Origin: Octopus vulgaris
Taxonomy: Eukaryota
NCBI GenBank assembly: GCA_951406725.2
Contig: OX597823.1
Span: 100,626,001 to 100,690,000 of the forward strand
Direction: 5' to 3'
Length of the DNA stretch: 64,000 bases
This document shows positions 1 to 12,935 of the stretch, piece after piece. The translations under genes were made by a program, and so were the position numbers. The first letter of the stretch is position 1; every line of letters starts with the position of its first letter. The notes under the pieces are model-generated. The model made no database searches, was not told the origin of the DNA, and saw only the letters and a program-made list of their open reading frames with translations.

Positions 1-485
1 TATGATAGCTGGAATAGAAATAGGATGATGGAAATTCAGAGAGCTTTTATCTTTGTTGGCTACAAATGGTTTCTCACTCTGAGGGTAAGAAAGAGTGTAT
101 GATGCATGCTTGTGGACAGCAATTCTACATGGTAGCAAGACATGGGCCCTGAATGCAGAGGACAGGCGAAGGCTAGAGAGGACTGAGGTTAGTATGCTCT
201 GATGTGTAATGTAAGTGTACATGTTCAACAGAGTGCTAGTGTATTGGGAGAGAAGTTAAGCATGAGAGGAATTAGATGCAGTTTGTAAGAGAGAAAACTA
301 TGCTGGTTTGGTAATGCCAACTGCTGAACAAGTGCCGATCTCTCAAAGTGGATGAAACATGTGGAATAGGGGGACCTAGGAAGACATGAGATGAAGTACA
401 GAAAGACGACCTCAGGATGCTGAACCATTCAGATGAGATGAAAAAGGACCAAGATACCTGGCATCTTGCTGTACTCAAGAAGATT
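1..485 (+). mobile_element. Decayed RTE-clade LINE, 3' end of ORF2
   Basis: Degenerate match to the RTE copies at 10341-11780 and 15910-18515 (LSLRVRxRxYDAC..LHGSxTW; GRPRKTWDEV-like segment at ~370-400), with many stops. Confidence 0.75.
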
Positions 486-519
486 CATCCTCCACAGCAA
501 AAGTGTTAACCCCTCCCCC

Positions 520-760
520 ACCGGCAAAGAGGATTGACCTGCAAGAGTTGTGTGCCTGTGCCATGTAAAAAGCACTTGTACTGGTGCCACATAAAAGTAC
601 CCACCACACTCTGTAAAGTGGTTGGCATTAGGAAGAGCATCCAGCCAGAGAAACTCTGCCTAATCAGACAGGAGCCTGGTGTGGCTCTCCAGCTTGCCAG
701 CTCTGGTCAAAGGGCCGAATCCATGTCAACATGGACAATGGACGTTAAATGATGATGTCA
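520..760 (+). repeat. RTE-3'UTR-related short repeat ending in (GAT)n
   Basis: Motifs aaagcacccaccacact..gtggttggcattaggaag..catccagc..gacgttaaatgatgatg, the same tail as the RTE at 18350-18515. Confidence 0.8.
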
Positions 761-799
761 GTCTTTTTCTTCTTTAAAGAAAGAACCGTTTTTACTTTA

Positions 800-1620
800 T
801 TTTTTTGCAGAATAATTGACTATGAAAAATTAGAATCCCTCAATTTGTGGGAGAGACATGGAATCCTTCCTTGGAATCCATGCTGGATGGACAAACAAGG
901 AGATTTCAGACTTCCTCAATATCAGCAGAAGGATGATGGAAAAGGTCAGACAGAAGCTGGAAGATTCAGGGTTTGACTACAAGACAGAGAGGAAAATCAG
1001 AGCACCAGAATTTGCCCCTGAAATCCAGATCATCAACAATAACTCCAGTAAGTCAATGTGTGTAATTGAACAGGAGAAAGGAATGGATGAAAAGCTCAAC
1101 AGGATGGAGGTGCATGAGGAACAGTTACTACTTTTCATACCAAAACAAGGGAAGAGACAATTTGTGTCCAAGGTGATGCAGGGAAAGTGACTCGAGCACA
1201 CCAAAAAGCTGATCAACATGAAACAGCTACTGGAGCCAGACATGCTGTGGGTCTTCTCAAATGAGAAGAATTTCCACCAAGACCAGAAATTTAGCACCGA
1301 GAACAACTCATCTGACTGCAACCTCCTTGACTTCTTTGTGTGGGGCATAGTGGAATGAAAGACCAACGAATCCAGCTACAACAAGAAAGATGAGCCGAGG
1401 GCCAGGATTACCAGGGCCTACTAAAATGGGAGATAGTAACAAAGGCCTGTGGTTCAGAGGTTGCCTGGTGGCTGCCATCAAGGCCAAAGGTAGGTTCATT
1501 GAGTGAAAAACAAAATATGTCATGAAGATAAACCGATCTGAATTTGATGAATATATCTGAAAAACTAAAAATACAGTTTATTTTTGCCAGAGCAGTCATC
1601 ATTTGAACGAATACCGTCCA
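800..1620 (+). mobile_element. Decayed Tc1/mariner transposase (DD37D/maT-like), internally deleted
   Basis: HTH-like N-terminus in ORF 858..1190 (EISDFLNISRRMMEKV), then WVFSNEKNF (first-D motif FSDEKxF) at ~1250 and SDCNLLDFFVWG (SPDLNPLD-like) at ~1310. Stops and frameshifts present. Confidence 0.7.
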
Positions 1621-2724
1621 CACCCAGCAGAGCTGAAGTTACTGCATACTTCCTACACTAAGCATACAAAGTACTACATGCGAACCAGAAGGACCCCCTC
1701 TAAGTTTCTTTCACTGCACACTTTCTACAGTGATTAGTGAAGAAGCGGGGGTAAAGTAGAGCTGCAATATCCCTTAGTCCTGTCACACTGGGGAGCTCAA
1801 GTGTTGGCAAACAAGGGGAGGAAATGTAGAGTTGTGAGGCTCCTTTGGTCTTATCTTGCTGAGGGTTTATAAAACTCTCTAGAACTGGTGCCACAAGAGA
1901 ATGTACACAGTGCATTCTGTAAAGTGGTTGGTGGTAGGAAGAGTATCCATCTGTAGGAACCGGATCAAAATGAAAACAGAGCTCCTCCCACTTAAGAAAG
2001 AAGTCAGGATGTGGTGACCCATCCAATGCAAGTTAGCAGAGAAAGAAAACCTAAAATAATGAAGATGATCCTATATCATCACTCTAAAGGCCTGATCTAA
2101 CTGCCTCAATTTAGTAATTTCCCTTCAGAGTAGAACATCTGTTTATCCACATTTTATACCTGTTCTGGTACAGTGCTGCTTCTGTGGTAGGATCTTTTAA
2201 TTTTCTTTGACAAAACAAAAGCATAATTTTGAATCAAAGAAAAAACATAATTGGATGCTAATGAAGGCAAATTCAGGTTTTGCTTGAAAGAATAAATAAA
2301 CTAATCAATATCTAACACAATAATCTTGTCACTGATTACACACACTTAGAAACACCATAGCAACCTGCAAACTACTCAGCAACAACACATATTAAACCAC
2401 TTATTTACATGCCACAACTGAAGTGGACTTAGACTATCAGACAGAGAGTCTACTTGTTACAACAATAACTTCTACTGCTAACATCCTGTCATCTGAATGT
2501 AGCTGTTCTTATTGTTGAATCAGTTCAACCTTTATCCAACCACAGTCATACAATATATACATTTTTTTATGAAGTAGTATAGCTCAAGCTATATTATCCA
2601 ATGCACCCTTCTTTCGTATAAAACATGTGGTTTGAGGGATATCTAGACGCTGTTTCTAACAGGTTGAGAAACCATGTAGTGGTTCTGTTGTTGGCTTATC
2701 TGAATTTAATTTATTTCCTTGTAG

Positions 2725-2885
2725 TTGCAGATATGGATGAGTGGTTAAAACACCTTCCTGGTCATGTAGTCTAAGGTTCAGTCCCACTCATAGCAAATTC
2801 GACAAGAATTTTCTATAAGCCTCAGGCTGACCAAAGACTTCTAAGTGGATTTGGTAGACAGAAACTGAAAGAAACTTGTTGCATG
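2725..2885 (+). mobile_element. tRNA-derived SINE, 5' part, diverged
   Basis: A/B-box-like head (tggatgagtggtt..ggttcagtccc) and conserved body gtggatttggtagacagaaactgaaagaa. Confidence 0.7.
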
Positions 2886-3120
2886 TGTGTATATGCACAC
2901 ATTAAAGGCTTCCACCATTTTTTCCTCAGTGTCAACCTAATACACCTTGTTTGTCGTTCTTTCACCTTGTCTTTGTGTTTTTATTTTTAGACCAAATAAA
3001 TATCATCATCATCGCTTAATGTCCGCCCTCCATGCTAGCATGCATGGGATGGTTTCACAAGAGCCAGCCAGGCAGAAGCCTGCACCAGACTTCCATGACT
3101 GTTTCATATATATATATATT

Positions 3121-4698
3121 CTAGCATTATGACCCGTTGTTGCCGGGTCATAGTGCTAGTGCATATATATATGTGTACATATTACATGTACATCTATATA
3201 TATACATCTACACATAAAATACAAAATACAAAGTTATATCTTGATATCGCTAGTGATAACAATACTCAAAATATATAACAGACTAGAATTGTAGGCCCGT
3301 CTCTTGCAATTTCGATCAATTGTATCTTGTCCTCCCTCTTGTATAGAAGTGTGGCTACAATCCAGCCTACCTCTACTTCTGGGAGGACATTTTAAATTTT
3401 TATCCGGGACGTCCTACGTCCCAGATATAAAGGTAAAACTAAAATATTTCCACTTTGCAAGGTTCGAGTCGAGTACTCCCTTGCACGCTCCGTTGACTTG
3501 AACCTTGCTTCTATTGTGGCAAATTTACCGCCTCTAGTTAGATAGCTTTCATAGTCACACCAAGACACTTTTCGATGGTGCTTTCCTCCAGGTGTTCAGA
3601 TCTTTTTTTTTTCTCTACATTGTATACTTTATAGACAATAGTCTTTTCTTTAATTTAATTTTTTATTTCATTTGGTGGTGTTATCCTAGATTCACCGTCT
3701 TTGTCGGTGATCAATCCGAAATAGGTTTGTATTTCTTCCATTTTAATGAGTTCGTGCCCGCTGACAGCTGCAGCGAAATTCATTTTTGGACTTTCTTCTA
3801 TCGAAGGTGTTTTAACAAAAATGCTTCTGTATAGACGGTGAAAATATTGTCAATTTCCCCAAACAGGGACACAATTCAATTTTTAAACAACCAAAGATCC
3901 TTCTCCCAAAGTGGGAGGGTTACGGTTTACAATTATTTAACAAATGCAACACAACAACGTTTCCCTTTCGAGGAACCAACAAACGTGATAGCAATAGTTA
4001 AACAGGAATAATAATATCAACAAACCTTACGGTGTATCAAAAAGCAGCACGCAGTTGAAGCTATAGTTCTTTATGTATAAGAAATAAACCAACAGCAGTA
4101 CTCAGTAGAAGCAGCTGTTCGAGAAAACAGACATTACATACAGCCAAACTTCATATAGATACTTAATGCTAGCTAATTAGCAGATAATCTAATGTAAAAG
4201 CCGTGGTAAAAAATATGTGCACAGCTACTCCATTTCTGCACACTAATTTTATTTTTAATTTATTCCCATTCATGTGAAACCACTTATTCAAGTTCAAGTC
4301 ATTGATGCAATTTTATACCAATTGCTATTTTTACTTTTGTTATGTTACGATTTAATTATTATATTATACTTTAGTTTGATTTTAATTATTACTTACTACA
4401 TATAATTCAATTGTTATTATTATCTCTAATTTTTATTGTTAAAGTGAAAGTATCTGACATAAAATAGAGAAATGTTTTTGTTTCACTTTTAACATGTAAT
4501 ACTGAAATAGTGGAGAAGATATGATATTGCTATGGGCTCGCCCTAGGCAAGAAGTTGAACATTTTTTTTTGCCCATGAAACTACATGGACCCTAAGTAAG
4601 GCATGTGTAAAATTTGAATGAAATTGGTTGTGTAGTTCTCAAGTTTTAAGGAAACACACAGACAGACAGATACATATTCTCAGTTTTATATATATAGA
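3121..4698 (-). mobile_element. Non-autonomous Helitron
   Basis: Minus strand starts 5'-TCTATATATATAAAACTGAG at 4698 and ends with a GC hairpin (gacccggcaacaacgggtc) plus CTAG at 3121. Internal blocks recur at 7490-8424. Confidence 0.8.
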
Positions 4699-4899
4699 TA
4701 TACTAGCAGAGATACCCGGAGTTGCCCGGTTACATTCAATTGAAGAATTAGACTTTTCTGTATATATAGAATTAGACTATATGTATATTAATATAAATAC
4801 ATGAAAGTACATGAAGTTTATTAAAAAAAAGGGGATCATGTATATACCTCATGGCTGTTCAGATTATAATACCTCGTTGTAAACAATGTTCCTTGTTTT

Positions 4900-7340
4900 T
4901 CCTTGTGGAGCATATACAAAAAGGTTTCTTTTGGTTCCTACTCTTGAGCAGCCAACATGCAGCTGCCCATGCGAGAAGCAGGGCTCTTCCAAGAGAAGAC
5001 CAGCTACAGAGATTTGTTAATGGACATGGCAAAGCTGACACGAAGGGGGGAATTACAGTCTTCTAAATGTAAATGGAATTTCTGCTCCTGATGGAGTAAG
5101 AGGAATTCTTGGAATAAAGACGTCATCACCTTTTCGACATCCAGAAAGAATGATCGCCTCAATAACGTGTGACATCATTTTCTTTATCACCAGTCATGTT
5201 CCATTGCAAAGTCTTGGTGGTTCCAGACTGCGGAGTAGCATTACAGGAGTTCCAACTTTAAGTGCTAATATGTGTGGAGGTAGTCCAGGAGGCTCCAGTG
5301 AATTGAGAAATTCAGGAGGATAGTTCACAACTTCATTTATATCTGGAATTGTATCAACAGACTTGTAAGTGTGTATAGTGCCGGGAAGAGAATGCATTAA
5401 CTGTTGATTAATTTTGTTAACAGCGACATTTTTTTTAGCTAATATTGCTCTTTCACACAGCCAATTGTGATTTTGGTAGTTTTGTGTGAAGTTGGGAAAG
5501 ACTTTGTTTTTGAGGTCATCTACAGAATTAACAACAGAGGAAAATGACCACACTTCCATTTGTCCTGCAGCATCGAGAGGCATTTTGCCTTCACCAAGTG
5601 TCAAAATGTCCTGTGTAAACTTTGTGGACATTTTGTTGCCGTGTAGCTGAGCTCTCATGTTAGTGGTGAGACTGAGGATTGTAACATGATGCCACAGGGT
5701 AGAGGACTTTAGGCATGCTTGGACTTCATCCGCTCTAGTGCCTTTCGGAATGACAGGAAGAGTTTGCCTGAAATCACCTGACAACAGAAGCGTTACACCT
5801 CCCATTGGAGCCTGACAGTCTCGGATGTCTTTCAGGGCTCTATCTAATGCTTCCAAAGCTCCCTTGTGAGCCATAGTGCACTCATTCCAGACAATTAGAT
5901 GACACATTCTAAGTACTTGTCCCTGATCTGAGCTTTTGTTGATGCTGCATGAAGGCATTTCGGATGCTGCTAAATTGAGAGGGAGTTTAAAAGTTGAGTG
6001 TGCTGTCCTGCCACCGGGTAACAAAGTAGCTGCAATGCCAGAGGAGGCTTCAGCTACTGCAATGTCCTGATGCTGCCTAACTTCTGCAAGGAGAAGCTTT
6101 GTAATAAATGTTTTTCCTGTCCCTCCAGGAGCATCGAGGAAGAAGATTCGTCCCTCACGTTGGCGTACACTGTTAAGAATAGTTCTGTAGGCCTACAGCT
6201 GGTCCGGGAGTAATTTAGGCTCATTTTCAACAATGTACTTTGAAAGCGCTTGAGTGGCGTAGGTTGTTTCACGAATGACAGTAGTGGGAAGGCTATTTGA
6301 CCCTGACCTGAATGCTTGTGGCAGGCCATACGTCGTCAATTCATTTCCACCCAGTTTAGCAATTCTGTCTTCAATGTCAATGAGTGTTTTGTTATAGATT
6401 TCATTGCTGATACCCTCCATGTCAGGATAGAGCAGTTGAGCTTGGCGCAGAAAGTCTTCAGCCTGGTTGCCTCTATATTTGAGCCATAGAGTGGCCAGAT
6501 CACACAGTTAGCATGCCTGTAGTAATACTGCAAATAGTGCCCTGAGACTTTTAGGTGATTGTGATAAAGCAGCCTCTCCTAAAGTTGCATCCCATTGTGT
6601 ACCATCTTCTAGCAGACCTTGTCGATAGCAGGCTTCTCAGTATGTTGTGCAGACATGTCCATGAATGGTTTTTAGGACTTGGAAAGACGTTGGCCCTCTG
6701 ACCTCATGCAGTAGTAGACGAAGGTAGAAGCTCTGTTGTTGAGTGGGATGCGCTGTGTATACTCACCCAAGGCAAGTGTGAAACTTAATGCCAGGGTATC
6801 CATGAACATTCTGACCTGCTTTCCGTGGGGCCCATTTTTTTCCATTCCAAGTGTAGTACGATGGAATCTGTGGATACAGCAAGGATTGAGTGAATGGATC
6901 CATTTGACAAAGCATGAAGAATGCAGTGAGTGTGCTATCCCTTGGTTCCTCTGCCAACAGAGAAGCATTAGCATCGGTGAAGTACACTCTTTGACCATTT
7001 TCCAGGTGCACTGCAAGCTGTTGAATGGTGAGGTGTCGTTGGTGAATTGGAAAGCCAAAGATGCGCCAGAAAGCCTCATTGCTACTTATGTACCATCCCA
7101 CCTGATAATGCGTGACCTCATCCTGGCAGTATTCTTGTTGAAGTTCAAACATTGCAGCGTCAGAACCCTTGTTTACATATTTGCAAACATACTTGATGGA
7201 TTTAACGGAGTTACAAAACTCAACGTTGATGTGGGCATTGAAAGTCTTTGACAAGACTGGGAAGTATGGAACAATCCATCTATTATCAATATTGTGCTGT
7301 CCGATAGTTGCTGTGAAACCTCCGTCTACTGGTTTTCTGC
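4900..7340 (-). pseudogene. Helitron RepHel (Rep C-terminal part + PIF1-like SF1 helicase), disrupted
   Basis: ORF 6763..7254 (HINVEFC..KYVCKYVNKG..EAFWRIF..LAVHLENGQ); Walker A DAPGGTGKTF at ~6110-6140; ORF 5194..6024 (GRTAHSTFKLP, LIVWNE, GDFRQTLPV, RAILA, PVMLLRSL..LCNGT); FAMSINKS and FSHGQL at ~4950-5040. Multiple stops and frameshifts. Confidence 0.92.
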
Positions 7341-7344
7341 ATCA

Positions 7345-7448
7345 GCAGTTGAGGCAGCAGACACATGCCAAGTCATCACACAGTGGGACTGAACCCAGGA
7401 CCATGTGTTTGGAACGTAGTTTGTTACCACACAGCCACACCTGCCCCT
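7345..7448 (-). mobile_element. tRNA-derived SINE head inserted in Helitron
   Basis: Reverse complement of ggcaggtgtggctgtgtggtaa..ggttcagtcccactg. Confidence 0.75.
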
Positions 7449-8454
7449 ATGTATGTATGTGTGTGTGCGTATGTGTAGCTATATTATGCATGTATATATG
7501 TGTATATATATGTGTAAATATTACATGTACATCTATATGTAGACATCTACACATAAAATACAAAATACAAAGTTATATCTTGATATCGCTAGTGATAACC
7601 TTGCAATTTTGATCAATTGGATCTTGTCCTCCCTCTTGTATAGAAGTGTACGGCTGTAGCAAAATTCCTTTTTGGACTTTCTTCTATCGAAGGCATTTTA
7701 ACAAAAATGCTTCCGTAAAGACGGTGAAAATATTGTCAATTTCCCCAAACAGGGACACAATTCAATTTTTAAACAATAACCAAAGCCCCTTCTCCGAAAG
7801 GGGGAGGGTTACAGTTTACAATTATTTAACAAATGCAACACAACGTTTCCCTGACAAAGAACCAACAAACGTGATTACAATAGTCAAACAGTAATAATAA
7901 TAACAACAAACATTTTTGATGTATCTCCATTTAAGTGAAACCACTTATTCAAGTTCAAGTCATTGATGCAATTTTATACGAATTGCTAATACACACACAC
8001 ACACACATAATAAGGGTGAAAAATTGAATATTAATTTGATTAATATGAATTGAAAACCAGTGGTGTAGCATATAAGACCATAGCGAATCTTCTTCTAGCA
8101 AAAAGGATGACCACTGTTAATGGTTCATCCCTGTTATATAATACTTTCACTTTAATAGTTTCAGTATTAAAATGAAAGTGTCTGCATTACAGTAGAGAGA
8201 TGTTTTTGTTTCACTTTTAACACGTAATACTGAAATAGTGGAGAAAATATGATATTGCTGTGGGGTCGCCCTAGGGAAAAAGTTAAAATTTTCTTTGCCG
8301 ATGACACTCCCTGGACCTTAAGTGAGGCATGTGTAAAATTTGAATGAAATTGGTTGTGTAGTTCTCAAGTTTTAGGGAAACACACAGACAGACAGACACA
8401 CATTCTCAGTTTTACATATATAGAGAGATATATATATGGTGTATATATATCATC

Positions 8455-8853
8455 ATCAATCGCTGACAGTACCGCCTGATCGGCACTCATGCCAGTGGAA
8501 CGTTAAAACCATATTTGAGCGTGATTATTGCCAGGGCCACGGATTGGCTCCCGTACCGGTGACACATGAAAAGCACCATTCGAGCGTGATCATTGCCAGT
8601 GTTGCCTTTCTGGCACATGAAAGGCAACATTTGAGTGTGGTTGTTGCTAGTGCTACCGGACTGGCTCCGGTGCAGGTAGCACATAAAAAGCACCCACTAC
8701 ACTCTCGGAGTGGTTGATATTAAGAAGGGCATCCAGCTGTAGAAACTTAGCCAAATCAGATTGAGCCTGGTGCAGCCTCTGGCTCACCAGTCCTCAGTCA
8801 AACTGTCCAACTCATGCCAGCATGGAAAGCAGATGTTAAATGATGATGATGAT
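8455..8853 (+). repeat. RTE-3'UTR-related repeat with internal subrepeats and (GAT)n tail
   Basis: Repeated aaaagcaccattcgagcgtgat..tgccag units; ends catggaaagcagatgttaaatgatgatgat. Confidence 0.8.
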
Positions 8854-8863
8854 ATATATATAT

Positions 8864-9067
8864 AGGCGTAGGAGTGGCTGTGTGGTAAATAGCTTGCTTA
8901 CCAACCACATGGTTTTGAGTTCAGTCCCACTGCATGGCACCTTGGGCAAGTGTCTTCTATGATAGCCTCAGGCTGACCAAAGCCTTGTGAGTGGATTTGG
9001 TAGACAGAAACTGAAGGAAGCCCATGCTGGAGCACTACCTTTAGTCGAGCAAATCGATCCCAGGACT

Positions 9068-9110
<43 letters not shown>

Positions 9111-9330
9111 GTATATGTTTGTGTGTCTGTGTTTATCCCTTCAACATCACTTGACAACTGATGCTGGTGCGTTTACGTCCCTGTAACTTAGCAGTTTGGA
9201 AAAAGAGAATGATAGAATAAGTACTAGGCTTACAAAGAATAAGTCCTGGGATCGATTTGCTCGACTAAAGGTGGTGCTCCAGCATGGCCACAGTCGAATG
9301 ACTGAAATAAGTAAACGAAAAGAATAAAAG
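8864..9330 (+). mobile_element. tRNA-derived SINE with internal microsatellite
   Basis: Head ggcgtaggagtggctgtgtggtaa..gagttcagtccc; tail gctccagcatggccacagtcgaatgactgaaataagtaaa. Same family as 58842-59243. Confidence 0.85.
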
Positions 9331-9354
9331 AATATATATACATACATCATAATT

Positions 9355-10230
9355 ATTGTTGTTTAACGCCCGCTTTCCATGCTGGCATGGGTTGCATGGT
9401 TTGACTGAGGACTGGTGAGCCAGAAGGCTGCACCAGGCTCCAATCTGATCTGGCAAAGTTTTTACAGCTGGATGACTTTCCTAATGCCAACCACTCCGAG
9501 AGTGTAGTGGGTACTTTTACATTCCACATGCACAAGGGCCAGTCTGGTGGCACTGGCAACGACCATGCTCGAATGTTGTTCTTCCCGTGCCAGTAAGGCA
9601 ACGCTGGCAATGATCATGCTCGGATGGTGCTTTTAACGTTTCACTGGCACAAGTGCCAATCAGGCAGTACTGTCATTGGCCACATCAGCGATTCTGATAC
9701 ACCATATATGTATATATCATCGTCATCGTTTAATGTCCGCTTTCCATGCTAGCATGGGTTGGACAAATGACTGAGGGCCGGCAAACCAGATGGCTGCACC
9801 AGGCTTCAATCTTGATCTGGCAGAGTTTCTACAGCTGGATGCCCTTCCTAACGCCAACCACTCTGAGAGTGTAGTGGGTGCTTTTATGTGCCACCGGCAT
9901 GAAGGCCAGTTAGGCGGATCTGGCAATGGCCACGCTCAAAAGATGTTTTTTATGTGCCACCTGCACAGGAGCCAGTCTGGCAGCATTGGCAATGACCATG
10001 CTCAAATGTTGTTTTTCACATGCCACTGCCACCTGTGCCAGTAAGGCGACACTGGCAACGATCACGCCGAATGGTGCTTTTTACGTGCCACCAACACAGG
10101 AGCCAATCAGTGGCCCTGGCAACAATCACGCTCAGATGGTGCTTTTAACGCTCCACTGGCACAAGTACCAATCAGGCAGTACTGTCATCGGCCATGTCAG
10201 CGAAACACACACACACAAATTATATATACA
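9355..10230 (-). repeat. Two tandem RTE-3'UTR-related repeats
   Basis: Two units starting gtttaacgcccgctttccatgctgg (9361) and catcgtttaatgtccgctttccatgc (9724). Confidence 0.8.
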
Positions 10231-10332
10231 TTGGCAACGCTGGCAATGATCATGCTCGGATGGTGCTTTTAACGTTTCACTGGCACAAGTGCCAATCAGG
10301 CAGTACTGTCATTGGCCACATCAGCGATTCTG

Positions 10333-11780
10333 ATACACCATATATGTATATATCATCGTCATCGTTTAATGTCCGCTTTCCATGCTAGCATGGGTTGGAC
10401 AAATGACTGAGGGCCGGCAAACCAGATGGCTGCACCAGGCTTCAATCTTGATCTGGCAGAGTTTCTACAGCTGGATGCCCTTCCTAACGCCAACCACTCT
10501 GAGAGTGTAGTGGGTGCTTTTACATGCCACCGGCACAGGTGCCAGTAAGGCGATGTTGGTAACGATCACATTCAAATGGTGACTTTTACAGGCCACCGGC
10601 ACAGGTGCCAGTAAGGCGATGCTGGTAACGATCACGTTCAAATGGTGTCTTTTACATGCCACCGGCACGGAGGCCAGATAGCCACTCTATCGAATTTGAT
10701 TTTGATCTTTGATTTCACTTGCCTCAACAATTCTTCGCAAGCTGAGTTTTAGTGTCCAAAGAAGGAAAAGGTACGCATAAGTGGGCTGGTAACACCCCTG
10801 GCATAGGCCACAAGATCATGGTCTCATTTGGCTTGCTGGGTCTTGTCACGCACGGCATATTTCCAAAAGTCTCGGTCACTAGTCATTTCTTCAGTGAGGC
10901 CCAAAGTTCGAAGGTTGTGCTTCACCACTTCATCCCAGGTCTTCATGGGTCTACCTCTTCCACAGGTTCCCTCAACTGCTACGGTGTGGCACTTTTTCAC
11001 ACAGCTGTCCTCATCCATTCTTGCCACATGACCATACCAGTCGTCTCTCTTGCACACCACATCTGATGCTTCTTAGGTCCACAATTTCTCTCAAGGTACT
11101 TACACTCTGTCGAGTATGCACACTGACATTACACATCCATCGGATCATACTGGCTTCATTCCTTGCAAGATTACACGTCCTCAGCAATCACAGCCCATGT
11201 TTCACTGCCATGTAGCATGGCTGTTCGTACACATGCGTCATACAGTCTACCTCTTACTCTGAGAGAGAGGCCCTTTGTTACCAACAGAGGTAAGAGCTCT
11301 CTGAACTTTGCCCAAGCTATTCTTATTCTAGCAGTTACACTTTCAGCGCACCCACCTCCGCTACTGACTTGGTCACCTAGGTAACGGAAGCTATCAACTA
11401 ATTCTAGTTTTCCTCCCTGGAATGTGGCAGAAGTTGTTCTCTGCGCATTTTCAGTGTTTATTGCTCCCGAGCATCTGCCACATACAAAAACTATCTTCCT
11501 AGTTAGCCTCCCTTTGATATTACTGCACCTCTTATGTGTCCATAGCTTACCCTGGGTACATCTTATAGAGTTTCTACCTACACCTCTACTACAGATTGAG
11601 CAGGGCCATCTACCTGAATGGATTTTTGGTTTGCCTGCCTTCCTACTTATTAGGACTTTGGTTTTAGCTAGGTTGACTCTAAGGCCCTTCAATTCTAATC
11701 CTTGTTTCCACACCTGAAACTTCTCCTCCAGTTCTGATAGTGAATCAGCAATTAGAGCAAGGTCATCAGCATAGAGGAGC
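10333..11780 (-). mobile_element. 5'-truncated RTE-clade LINE (RT C-terminal half + 3' UTR)
   Basis: Begins at ELLYADDL (11760-11780); ORF 11171..11713 (GLRVNLAKTK, WPCSIC..CxxC, FRYLG, RIRIAWAKF, LHGSETW); ORF 10824..11060 (WYGHVARM..GRGRPMKTW); 3' UTR ending in (GAT)n. Confidence 0.92.
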
Positions 11781-11789
11781 TATATACAC

Positions 11790-12140
11790 TGTCCATTCGT
11801 GGCCGTTTGACAGCTCTGTCTGGCCCCGTGTTGGTGGCACGTAAAAGCACCATCCGTTCGTGTCCGTTGCCAGCATCGCCTGGCCCCGTGCCGGTGACAC
11901 GTAAAAGCACCATCCGTTCGTGGCCGTTGTGCCAGCTCTGTCTGGCACCTGTGCAGGTGGCACGTAAAAAACACCCACTACACTCGCGGAGTGGTTGGCG
12001 TTAGGAAGGGCATCCAGCCGTAGAAACACTGCCAAATCTAACTGGGCCTGATGAAGCCTTCCGGCTTCACAGACCCCAGTTAAACCGTCCAACCCATGCT
12101 AGCATGGAAAACGGACGCTAAATGATGATGATGATGATGA

Positions 12141-12143
<3 letters not shown>
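11790..12143 (+). repeat. RTE-3'UTR-related repeat, little CpG decay
   Basis: ~60-bp subrepeats (gtaaaagcaccatccgttcgtg) and tail ggacgctaaatgatgatgatg. Confidence 0.8.
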
Positions 12144-12171
<28 letters not shown>

Positions 12172-12177
<6 letters not shown>

Positions 12178-12468
12178 CACGTGATCACGTGACCGACCAG
12201 ACCATCAGATGTTGCTACACATCACTGGTCACAATGCATTCGCATTGTTTTTAGCCTTCGAATGACGCCACCCCGCTGGCTAAGCGAGCAGGCCAACAGA
12301 AGAAAGAGTGAGAGAAAGAGTGGTGAAAGAGTACAGCAGGGATCACCACCCCCTGCCGGAGCCTCGTGGAGCTTTTAGGTGTTTTCGCTCAACAAACACA
12401 CACAAACGCCCGGTCTGGGAATCGAAACCGCGAGTCTGCTGCCCTAACCACTGGGCCATTGTGCCTCC
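12172..12468 (-). mobile_element. tRNA-derived SINE, second family
   Basis: Reverse complement starts ggaggcacaatggcccagtggttagggcagc (A box) ..ggtttcgattcccagaccgggc (B box); same head as 51655. Confidence 0.85.
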
Positions 12469-12935
12469 ACATATATATATATATATATATATATATTAAG
12501 GTATGTAGAAAAATACAACATGGACAAGAACGTATAACTCTTAGAAGACGACACAATAAACACGGACAGGACATTCGAAACCCTCAGTCTTCAGTCAAGA
12601 ACCGGATCATCGTAGTAATTTCGGCTGATATATATATATACACACACACACACACACCATATATATGTGGTGTATATATAAAGGGAGTTTTGGGGAGTGG
12701 CTATTTGAGGTGTTCTCTGTCATTTTGTATTTATGTCTGAAAGGGACAAAAGCACTAAATAATACATTTTATCCAAATCCTGACTACCTTCTTTTTCTTA
12801 AAATATAAAATCGTATATATATAAAAGGTATGAATTTTCTGTAAGAAACCATTCATGATATGAATCCCTAAAAGAGATGAATGTGCTAAATAAATAGTCT
12901 TTATCTAAATCCTAACTAATTTTTCTGAATATATA

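Larger units (their letters stand above)
4703..8424 (-). mobile_element. Helitron with RepHel remnants (composite)
   Basis: 5'-TCTATATATGTAAAACTGAG at 8424; 3' hairpin ccgggcaactccgg plus CTAG at 4703; Rep/helicase coding remnants at 4900-7340. Confidence 0.85.

Noticed and set aside
5194-6024. Host PIF1 helicase gene
   Set aside because: Intronless, disrupted, linked to Rep motifs and bounded by Helitron termini.
12560-12630. Minus-strand CTGAAGA hammerhead candidate
   Set aside because: No downstream GAAA with a closing stem II and no stem I partner.
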